Shown: positions 51,268-58,886 of the stretch, one piece after another | How positions within the stretch are numbered: the stretch's first letter is position 1 | Layout of the letters: each line of letters opens with the position of its first letter | Origin: Fibrobacterales bacterium | GTDB lineage: Bacteria > Fibrobacterota > Fibrobacteria > Fibrobacterales > JAOPTW01 | DNA: 58,886 nucleotides | Assembly (NCBI GenBank): GCA_051532035.1 | Contig: JAOPTW010000026.1 | Location: 1-58,886 of the forward strand | Reading direction: 5' to 3' | Notes under the pieces: model-generated | Seen by the model: the letters and a program-made list of their open reading frames with translations, nothing else | What the model was told of the DNA's origin: nothing | Databases searched by the model: none | Translations under genes and position numbers: made by a program

Positions 51268-51330
51268 CCATCAATCTCTTTGCCATTCATCTGTTCTTGT
51301 ATTCGATTATGAGACAGGAAGTGTGTCACG
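51268..51330. repeat. Right-hand collapsed copy of the RRM locus (25-bp perfect repeat fused to a degenerate copy of the RRM upstream region)
   Basis: 51271-51295 = 27747-27771; 51289-51330 is collinear with 28059-28100 (32/42 identical); the two pieces overlap at the shared 7-mer ATCTGTT. Confidence 0.85.
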
Positions 51331-51400
51331 TTGGTTGGTGAGTGGGCTAGGGTATATCTAACGTGAGTAGATAGCCCCAAATGCCTCATTTTGACTCATT

Positions 51401-53095
51401 TTATCGATATAACGCCATAACCGAATAGGAATTATTTATCTCACCCTTGAGCACCGATATATCACCTTCCCAGGCTCCAAGAGTTGGGGCATCACCATGA
51501 TGACTGCTTGCTTCTATTACTGTTTGGCGAATAAGGGCAGCCCAGGTGTCGATCTTTCCGTGTATTTGTGGGTGTACTCTATCGAGATAGTCAGCCACAG
51601 CAGTACGGTACTCATTTTCAAAGAGCATTATGCCTGCGGTAAATTTGTCACACATCATATCGAGAGTCTGCTCAGACATGTTACAAGGGTAGAGCGCAGG
51701 AGCCCCCAATTGGGGAGTGCGCGTGTCGTCAGTTATGTCGTAGAGGGAATAATCGAGATCCCAGGCAACCATGTGGAACTTTTGTAACACAGGGTCTTCG
51801 TAAAAGAAGTAGTTGTGGTTGGTGTGTGGGGGAGATGGTACCGTGACTTCATACCACCAGCTTGGTTGGGTATATCGATGAACGCTCCAGTAAAAAGGTC
51901 CGTCACCGTTGTTGATAGCACGACTGACCATGAAAAATTTCACCATTTGAGATACGTCTGTCCACTCAGAAAGCGCTGTGGTTACACCCGCTCCTTGTGC
52001 AGTACTTAAGGCATTGGCAAATTTGAGCATGCCACTCACATCTGGAGTAGAGGTATTAGATCGGAGGCCCGCAATGTGCACATAGTCGGGGAAGGGTTCT
52101 CCATTAATCATGAGAGGTGGAGTCTCTTTGTAAATATTTCCTTCATCGTTTGCAAAGTAGTGAGGACTGTTTTTGGCAAAGCGACTATCAATATTTTCGG
52201 TAAGGAGGTAGAGACCACTGAGTTTGTTATTTATCAGTACTCGTACAAACTGGGTTCGGGGAGAGGGCACACCCATCTCTTGAAAGATCCAATAACCGAC
52301 CTTTTCACGGAGGTAACTCTGATAGTTGTTCATTGAGTGGAGGTTCAGTTTTTTCTGTCCGTAAAAGCGTCTCCCTTTAGAAGCGTCATCCCAGCTAAAC
52401 TTTATTTTCAAGCTGAGTTTAGTACAGGTTTTAGAACCAGGTTTGTTTGTAGTGCAATGGGTAAATGCACCAAATGAGCCTTTATAGCGAATACCTACTT
52501 TTTGTATGGTGTCACCATCTAATACAAGGTCGCCTTCTACATAGTCCTCAACCCACGGGTCGCGATCGAGATAGGCGAGTGAGTCAGGGTGGATAAGTAT
52601 GTTATAGGTGCGTACAATAGATTCATCAAAGAGGTAGGCTGAGTTGTCATCGTGGTTTTCGTAGGGGGGAATGATGGAGCTTGATGACTCTAATGCACTA
52701 CTTGAACTTATGGCATCAGAAGAACTGAGAGGGGAAGCATTACTCGAGCGTGCTTCCACTGAAATGCCTTCATTGGAACTCGATACTTGAGACGACGAAT
52801 GTGGATTGCTAGAGAAAGGCGAACTGCTATTTGATAGTATGTCTATACCAGGTGTCGTTCCTGAAGATTCTATAGAGTGGGAACTCTCAAATGAACTCTC
52901 AACAGTATCAAGAGAAGAAGTCTCTGTACGGGGCTCAGAAGAGGTGTTTTCATGGGATTCTGATGAACTATCCCTGTCTGATATCGCAGATGGGGTGCTC
53001 TCACAGCTTGTGAAGGTTAGGATTATGAGAGAAGTGAGGGTAAGGAGTAGAATATACCATCTCTGAGAGAATAGTGATTGAGAGTCTGTATGCAT
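51401..53095 (-). CDS. CotH-family kinase lipoprotein with long Ser-rich linker
   Basis: Lipobox FTSC, ~120-aa Ser-rich linker, VGIRYKGS, SLKIKF, LNLHSM, GLYLLTE, HNYFFY, AWDLDY. ORF track starts at 53131. Confidence 0.9.
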   Translation of the reverse strand: MHTDSQSLFSQRWYILLLTLTSLIILTFTSCESTPSAISDRDSSSESHENTSSEPRTETSSLDTVESSFESSHSIESSGTTPGIDILSNSSSPFSSNPHSSSQVSSSNEGISVEARSSNASPLSSSDAISSSSALESSSSIIPPYENHDDNSAYLFDESIVRTYNILIHPDSLAYLDRDPWVEDYVEGDLVLDGDTIQKVGIRYKGSFGAFTHCTTNKPGSKTCTKLSLKIKFSWDDASKGRRFYGQKKLNLHSMNNYQSYLREKVGYWIFQEMGVPSPRTQFVRVLINNKLSGLYLLTENIDSRFAKNSPHYFANDEGNIYKETPPLMINGEPFPDYVHIAGLRSNTSTPDVSGMLKFANALSTAQGAGVTTALSEWTDVSQMVKFFMVSRAINNGDGPFYWSVHRYTQPSWWYEVTVPSPPHTNHNYFFYEDPVLQKFHMVAWDLDYSLYDITDDTRTPQLGAPALYPCNMSEQTLDMMCDKFTAGIMLFENEYRTAVADYLDRVHPQIHGKIDTWAALIRQTVIEASSHHGDAPTLGAWEGDISVLKGEINNSYSVMALYR

Positions 53096-53138
53096 GGTTG
53101 TTTTGTGCCCCAAAACTGTATGTGTGGGCAAAAGGTAA

Positions 53139-53167
53139 ATAATTACTGTAAAATGTACAGTAATTAT
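53139..53167. repeat. Perfect 12-bp inverted repeat (operator or weak terminator)
   Basis: ATAATTACTGTA-AAATG-TACAGTAATTAT in the intergenic gap upstream of the CotH gene. Confidence 0.6.
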
Positions 53168-53221
53168 GCTTTGTGATCTCTATCGAAGGAAGAATCTGTT
53201 ATGGATTAATGGTGGTATTGG

Positions 53222-54145
53222 CTATTTTCGAGTAAATATATGGCCAAAGCCAAATGAGGCTCCTGCTGTGGCAAAATATCCTTCGGTAGAAATAATACCC
53301 GATGCATAGAGTGATAGATATCCAATGTAATGAATAACCGCATCGAGCTCAACGATTGCACCAGTAAAGGTAGTCTGCTCACTATCAGATTTTCGATATG
53401 CCCCATGAACCATACCTATCTGTGGGATAATGAATTGTTTATCAAAACCAAAGCGATATCCAATCTTGTATTGAGCGAGTGAAGTCCCATTCGTTATGGG
53501 GCTCGTAAGAATTTCAACTGTTTCATTTGACTCAAGTAACACGTTGAACTCAAAAGCCATGTTTTCATAGAGAACGTGTAACCCAACATCGGTTCCATGA
53601 TATCCTAATCTCACTGATCCGTAACCACCACAGTAGCTCCCTTTACAATGCTCTTTTTGGGGGGACTTGGGGGCAGTTGGTGGTGGAGTACTCGTTTGGG
53701 GTTGAGTAGAATCAGTTTTCACCGTATCGCGCCCTGTTCTTTTCAGGTATATGGCATACCACTCTTCGGGGGTGTTTTGTAGATCAATGGTAGTAACATA
53801 CTCTTTTACAGAAAAGTTGTTTTGGATGAATACTGCTGTTGCGCTATCATTTGATTTACTGTAAGTCTCAAAAAACTGTACTGCCGGGATATGTGAAGAG
53901 TCTGAACAATTATACACTTTGTCAAGGTGCATATTCTTGTCACCATATTCCCAAAATAGCTTATACCCTTGGGGGCATTCTAGAGATGACTCCCAGTTGT
54001 ATACCGTTGAATCGATGTAGGTATGAATGTCTGGACCGGGAGACTTTATCTTGAGTCCACTGTAGGTAAAATAATGAATAGTTTCAGAGTGGCCGGTGGT
54101 GATGAACATCTGTATAAACAGGATAATAGCGAATAATGTTTTCAT
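53222..54145 (-). CDS. Secreted hypothetical protein, probable C-terminal small beta-barrel
   Basis: Signal peptide, Pro/Thr linker (PQTSTPPPTAPKSP), C-terminal alternating Gly/aromatic beta-strands ending GASFGFGHIF. Confidence 0.65.
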   Translation of the reverse strand: MKTLFAIILFIQMFITTGHSETIHYFTYSGLKIKSPGPDIHTYIDSTVYNWESSLECPQGYKLFWEYGDKNMHLDKVYNCSDSSHIPAVQFFETYSKSNDSATAVFIQNNFSVKEYVTTIDLQNTPEEWYAIYLKRTGRDTVKTDSTQPQTSTPPPTAPKSPQKEHCKGSYCGGYGSVRLGYHGTDVGLHVLYENMAFEFNVLLESNETVEILTSPITNGTSLAQYKIGYRFGFDKQFIIPQIGMVHGAYRKSDSEQTTFTGAIVELDAVIHYIGYLSLYASGIISTEGYFATAGASFGFGHIFTRK

Positions 54146-54310
54146 AAAAGATAAATGTTTAGTGGAATATAATTGTAGTGGGTCATATTTAGAAAAATTA
54201 CTATGAGAATCAAATATGAGTGGTGTTTAAGTGTTACTCCATAATTTACTACGCTTCTAGTATACCTATTAGGCAATGATCAAAGGCTATTTTAGAGGAT
54301 GTCACCCCCG

Positions 54311-55876
54311 TTACAATGTGTGCCATAGAAAAGGATCATACCCTTCGATTAACCAATCTGCACCTTCTTTAAAATTATTCCATGTTGAATCAACATCTGT
54401 TTGCCAGTCCGGCTCTGGGAAAGAACCACCCCATTGATATTGATCGGTAGTACGAATGTCACCATGCTTCTCGTTCATCTCTATGGTTATATCACGAATC
54501 TGCTCTGTCCATTTTTGATACTGGATTAGAGCTCTTGGATAGACATCAGTTTCGAAATGATCTATAGCTTCAGCGAGTTCGCTCTCTAAGAGTAAAAAGC
54601 CTCCAAAAAGTGTACTGCATTTTGATTTTTCACACGGTTTTGGAAATGGGTTTCCGGGTATAGGGGATACGGGGAATAGGAAAAATGCTCCTGGGAACGC
54701 ATGACCTTGATGGAGGGTATAGTCTAAATCCCAAGGAATAAGGGTAACTTTTTTATTATTAGACTCTACGTAAAGGTAGTAGTTCTTTCCCTGCCATCCA
54801 TCAAAGGGGCTCCATGGGCTATCCCAGTGTCGAAGGAGACGCGTGACCATAAGATGTGCAGCAATCTCTTTGGGATGCATCCACTTTTTTATGACATCAG
54901 TAATAGTTTCTTTACTTGCCTGGCTCGCAGCTTTGGCAAATTCCATGGTTGTGGTAAGAGGAAGGTTGTCATCTTCATTGGTTTTGAGGGTAGTGCGCAT
55001 TATTGGTTCAGAAGTGATTTCATTGAAACCGTTTACGGGAAGCATCTCTTTGAAAAGGTGGCCCTCATTATCTTCAAATCTCGATTTAATAAAACGGCTA
55101 TCTACCTGTTCAACAAGGGCAAAGAGGCCTTGAGGTTCACCATTGATCTGTACAACAGCATGGGTAGATCGGGATGCGGTAACACCCATCTCTCTGAACA
55201 TCCAATATCCTAGGCGTTCACGTAGTTGTGAAATATCCATGTTCATAGAGTGGAACATAAGTTTTTTAAGTCCATAGAATTTTCTATCGGGGAATTCGTT
55301 TGTTTTAAATTTTATTTTCATAGAAAGCTTTTGACAACTCTTTTGAGGTTGAGCACAGTGAGCCCCTGAATATTCGGAGTATCCTCCGGCAAATTGCCAA
55401 GAACCATTTTGTCCCTTGTAGCGTATCATTATATTGGGGATAGTATCATCTGGGCCAATGAGTGTTGCTGTTACATACTGTTCCTGCATAGGATTGTCAT
55501 CTAAAAAGGTCAGGTTTTCTTCGCTTATCACTATGTTATAGGTTCTGATAGTGTCATCGGAAAAAACATAATTTTGTTTTTCATAGAGGCTATTAAGATA
55601 CTCTGTGGGTGTTTCTTGTTCCTCACTTGAATCAGAATCTTCTGAAGATAAGGTATACGACGATGTATTTTCATTTGAAGAGGGTGACAGTGCTTCTTGG
55701 GGGCTTATAGATGAAACAGGCGTGTCGTTGTCTGTTTCTGAGCTACTACTGGATACATTATCTTGGGAACTTTCTGCAGAACTTTCATGAGAGGTTGTTT
55801 CTACGGTACTACACCCTTGCGATTGAAGAGTGCAGAGTACAATGGTCATTGCATATATAGTGTGTGATATTTTCAT
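54311..55876 (-). CDS. CotH-family kinase lipoprotein with Ser-rich linker
   Basis: Lipobox SQGC, Ser/Glu-rich linker, IRYKG, SMKIKF, LMFHSM, GLFALVE, KNYYLY, IPWDLDY. Confidence 0.9.
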   Translation of the reverse strand: MKISHTIYAMTIVLCTLQSQGCSTVETTSHESSAESSQDNVSSSSSETDNDTPVSSISPQEALSPSSNENTSSYTLSSEDSDSSEEQETPTEYLNSLYEKQNYVFSDDTIRTYNIVISEENLTFLDDNPMQEQYVTATLIGPDDTIPNIMIRYKGQNGSWQFAGGYSEYSGAHCAQPQKSCQKLSMKIKFKTNEFPDRKFYGLKKLMFHSMNMDISQLRERLGYWMFREMGVTASRSTHAVVQINGEPQGLFALVEQVDSRFIKSRFEDNEGHLFKEMLPVNGFNEITSEPIMRTTLKTNEDDNLPLTTTMEFAKAASQASKETITDVIKKWMHPKEIAAHLMVTRLLRHWDSPWSPFDGWQGKNYYLYVESNNKKVTLIPWDLDYTLHQGHAFPGAFFLFPVSPIPGNPFPKPCEKSKCSTLFGGFLLLESELAEAIDHFETDVYPRALIQYQKWTEQIRDITIEMNEKHGDIRTTDQYQWGGSFPEPDWQTDVDSTWNNFKEGADWLIEGYDPFLWHTL

Positions 55877-55962
55877 GTATGTGTGTTCTCGTAACGTTGA
55901 TGGTTGTTATTGATGTTTTCTTAATTATAATCGTAAGAGTTGTAGCTGATTATGGAAATGAG

Positions 55963-58886
55963 TTACTGCTCGCACGAACTCTTCTGTCGCACAATACCCA
56001 TGTTCTCGGTAAATTCTTCCCTCTTACCTGATGCAAAGGTGAGTGCTACCTGCCAAAAATAGACACCACTCGCAACCTTACGACCATCCAGGTCTTTTAA
56101 GTTCCAGACGAGATCATTGATAAAGTATTGCTCAATATCAGTTTGATCGTTTCGGTCTGGGTTTTCGAATTCACCACAGTCACCAAAACTCTGTGACCAG
56201 TTGGTGATATACTGTCCAAGATGATCATAGACATAGATGGATGCAGTATAGGATTCTTGGTCTTGAAAGGTGCCTATTGCGAGAGAGGCATAGCACTCAT
56301 TATCAAAGTGCTTTTCTACTTGAGAATCCTCACAGTGTGCTTCTGGGGCTAAGGCTCCATCAAGATAGTTATAAGGAGGGACCCACTGATTACTGAGAAC
56401 TGCAGTACCATATTTGGTTTCCTCAAGTCGTTCGTAATCTTCATTGTATACTGGGATTTCTTCAGTGGCAACGTTCTTGTCGGTAGTGTTATCAATTCCC
56501 ACTACGGCATTACGAAAATTTATACCGAGACTACTTTTTTTAAACTCTGTTCCAGTAATTTCAACAAAGTTTTGTCGTGCTTGGTTGTCGTAAGTATCAG
56601 TGACGGTATTGTCTGTATTAAAAGAAAGGTCATTGCCTATTTTGGGAATAACCGTTTTCGTAGTATTCTCGAAAATGACCATGAGGGTGTTGATAGCAGT
56701 GCCAGACTTTGGTTTGCTTGTAATGGCAGGGCTATAGGTGTCTCCATTTGTAGCCGTTACGCTAAACATATCTTTCCATCCATTGCTGGGGAAGTCAATG
56801 TCTTCAGAAAGAGTTATTTTGAACGTATCTGGTTGTAGGTGGTAGGTGTACTCGCCTTCATTGTCTTTGATAGCGTATTGTAGTGTTGCAGGGGTTATTT
56901 TTTCTGCCTGTATCACTATGGGACCGATCTTGTCTTCTATAAGTACCGAACTATTGCCATAGGTAAGGCTTGGTGGGTTATCCACATCAGCCTCAGTAGC
57001 TGGCGCGAAGGCATTGTCAAGGGTTATTATTACGGTTGTAGAATCGAGGAACTGTAATTCTTCTATGTCCGCAGTGATATCATTGACTCCTTCTATTGGC
57101 CAGTCTATTGAGGTGATGTTTCGGGGGAGTTGTGGAAGTGGTCGGTCAAAGGTTACATGAATAGTCTCTGCAACGCCATTACCATTTAAATCGTATATCT
57201 CAGCTTTGATCACTTCGCCTTCTGGCGTCACTATCTCACCGCAGGGATCTACGGTTATCGTTACTTCGGTCTCACAAAAAATAGCAGGATCAAAATCTTC
57301 GGTAACCGATGTCTTAATAGCGTTGTTATACCGTACAAGATAGGTAGTAGTTTTGTCGGGAGTGACAGTTGGTGTGGTATTGGTAAGAACTTTGGTCTCA
57401 CCATTTTTTTCATACTGCCAATCAACAAAGTCTCCTCTTCCCTCAGCAGATATCTCAGTACTTTCGCCTTTACAAATAGTTTTATTTCCATAGGCGGTGA
57501 GTCGACATTTACCACAATCTTCTACTATAACATTGACTGAATTATCTATAAGACAATGGCCGTCATCATAGGTGACTTCAAATTCAGTATCATCATATAC
57601 GGTTGCAATGGGTGACATAAGATTTGAATGGTTGAGCAATGAAGCGGGGAGCCAGGTGTAGTGAGGGTCTGTTTCAATAATGTCTCGGGTGAGTTTGAGT
57701 GCATTAATAAAAGGAGTTCCTTTTGTTCCGGTAAGGAGTTGTATGGTGAGCTCACCATCAGTGATGATGACGTTCTCTTCAATGGTGTAGACACTATTTT
57801 TACCTACTTGCGCAATAAGATCTAGATTGGTTTTGAATCGGGTCCCTTCCACTTCTACATTAAATGTGCGCTCGCCCGCATTGCTATAATAAGTCTCGGC
57901 AAACATCAAGGATAATCTATACGTACCATTGTCTACTTTTTTAGTAAGAGTCATGTCTCCGTCAGCATAGAGCTCTGCGTTGCTGTAGAGTTCCGGGTCG
58001 TCAGTACCTGAGATAACAGCAGTACTCCCACCCCTTGAATAACCAAAGTTTTCTGATGCGCTGTAATCAATGCTATCACTTCCGCTAAGAGCAGCGCCTC
58101 CAAAATTTACAGCCCATATTTTTTCTTGCTCCAATACCGGTGCACTGTAATCTCTACTGTTGTAGTTGAGAATGGTTGGCTCTCCCTTGCAGACATGCTG
58201 ATCACCTCCGAAACTCATGTCAATAGGGGTTACTCTAATGGTAAGGTCTGAGGTGTCTTTACGGATACCGTCTTCTGTTTCTACATCGATAATGACCGTA
58301 TATGAAAAAGGGCCTTCGCCCATATCGCTTTTGGGTGTGAAAAGGTAGGCTGAGTCTCCGCTATTGGGGACTGGTTCGACCATGTCCCAATCAGTTGTGT
58401 TTTTACTACTCCATGCATAAGCAACACCACCAGATCCAAGGAGGGCAATTGGTTTATTGCAGGCAAGAGTATAATTTTTTATTCCGATTGTCCCGACCCC
58501 TACAAACGACTCTTCTTCTGAAAACCCTGAGTAATATCCTCCGCCACCGACATTATCGTCTTGAAATACAGCACTTGCATTGAGGGCTTTATCCGAAGTA
58601 ATATGTACATCAGCATTTTTTCCTCCAAAGATTGACTCATCGGTAATAGTATAGGTCACCCAATCTGAATTGCCAGTTACGGTCGTTGGACTTTGTGATA
58701 ACAGGGTGCCATTTACCCTTACTTCTGCACCACCCTGTGTTAAAAATGAATATAAAGGGTTACCTACTTTTCCGATTCCTGATATATAAACCTCCTTGGT
58801 AGAATTACTGTTGAGAGGAGGAACCAAAATAAGACCACCGGTCTGAAGCTTGTCAGCACCTGCCAAAGTCTGGTAGGCGTAAATAT
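55963..58886 (-). CDS. Large surface protein (5'-truncated): IgGFc-binding-like region, malectin domain, Ig-like repeats, Fibrobacter-type C-terminal domain
   Basis: Frame is open to the window edge (IYAYQTLAG...); GGGYYSGF; malectin WAVNFGG...LMFAETY...GERTFNVEVEG...LDL; C-terminal IYVYDHLGQYI...WNLKDLDGRKVASGVY. Confidence 0.8.
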   Translation of the reverse strand, partial: IYAYQTLAGADKLQTGGLILVPPLNSNSTKEVYISGIGKVGNPLYSFLTQGGAEVRVNGTLLSQSPTTVTGNSDWVTYTITDESIFGGKNADVHITSDKALNASAVFQDDNVGGGGYYSGFSEEESFVGVGTIGIKNYTLACNKPIALLGSGGVAYAWSSKNTTDWDMVEPVPNSGDSAYLFTPKSDMGEGPFSYTVIIDVETEDGIRKDTSDLTIRVTPIDMSFGGDQHVCKGEPTILNYNSRDYSAPVLEQEKIWAVNFGGAALSGSDSIDYSASENFGYSRGGSTAVISGTDDPELYSNAELYADGDMTLTKKVDNGTYRLSLMFAETYYSNAGERTFNVEVEGTRFKTNLDLIAQVGKNSVYTIEENVIITDGELTIQLLTGTKGTPFINALKLTRDIIETDPHYTWLPASLLNHSNLMSPIATVYDDTEFEVTYDDGHCLIDNSVNVIVEDCGKCRLTAYGNKTICKGESTEISAEGRGDFVDWQYEKNGETKVLTNTTPTVTPDKTTTYLVRYNNAIKTSVTEDFDPAIFCETEVTITVDPCGEIVTPEGEVIKAEIYDLNGNGVAETIHVTFDRPLPQLPRNITSIDWPIEGVNDITADIEELQFLDSTTVIITLDNAFAPATEADVDNPPSLTYGNSSVLIEDKIGPIVIQAEKITPATLQYAIKDNEGEYTYHLQPDTFKITLSEDIDFPSNGWKDMFSVTATNGDTYSPAITSKPKSGTAINTLMVIFENTTKTVIPKIGNDLSFNTDNTVTDTYDNQARQNFVEITGTEFKKSSLGINFRNAVVGIDNTTDKNVATEEIPVYNEDYERLEETKYGTAVLSNQWVPPYNYLDGALAPEAHCEDSQVEKHFDNECYASLAIGTFQDQESYTASIYVYDHLGQYITNWSQSFGDCGEFENPDRNDQTDIEQYFINDLVWNLKDLDGRKVASGVYFWQVALTFASGKREEFTENMGIVRQKSSCEQ

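Noticed and set aside
51174..51389. 71-aa minus-strand ORF containing QMNGKEIDG
   Set aside because: The match to the RRM protein is confined to the 25-28 bp DNA repeat; the rest is not RRM-like, so it is treated as a scar rather than a gene.
53146..53160. CTGT...ACAG as a LexA box
   Set aside because: Spacer is 7 nt rather than the 8 nt of the proteobacterial box, and the downstream gene is not an SOS gene.
2790..58583. Numerous 60-180 aa ORFs nested in or antisense to the long genes
   Set aside because: No motifs; they overlap well-supported CDSs and are consistent with shadow frames.
1..58886. CRISPR array, tRNA/rRNA, IS/transposase, integrase, retron or DGR reverse transcriptase
   Set aside because: No regularly spaced repeats or recognisable genes seen by eye. 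The 252-bp duplication in the S8 gene is in-frame and its differences are not adenine-specific, so it is not a DGR TR/VR pair.

Overview
AT-rich bacterial chromosome window. It is probably Fibrobacterota or a related FCB lineage; this is inferred from several lipoproteins with long Ser-rich linkers, CotH paralogs and a Fibrobacter-style C-terminal domain, and was not checked by search. Left to right: a truncated glycoside hydrolase lipoprotein, a CotH kinase, an esterase, an MCP, and a four-gene orphan module (DUF4123 adaptor, PFCEEC-tail protein, small helical protein, 1042-aa protein with an OspC/DUF3626-like putative NAD-using toxin domain). Next come a secreted HExxH metalloprotease, a 1991-aa multidomain subtilase, a CzcCBA-type metal efflux operon, a CPBP protease and an RRM gene. 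A ~23 kb all-plus-strand signalling block follows (hemerythrin, hybrid kinases, sigma54 activator with an adjacent sigma54 promoter, partner-switching genes, and a chemosensory cluster lacking CheY but containing an HD-GYP protein). The window ends with two more CotH lipoproteins and a truncated malectin/Ig surface protein. The two best leads are the orphan effector-loading module with its candidate new toxin, and the signalling block, which is bracketed by a 25-bp perfect direct repeat from inside the RRM gene plus a collinear degenerate repeat, consistent with an integrase-less island. No rRNA, tRNA, CRISPR array, transposase or integrase was recognised. All family calls are by-eye motif recognition.
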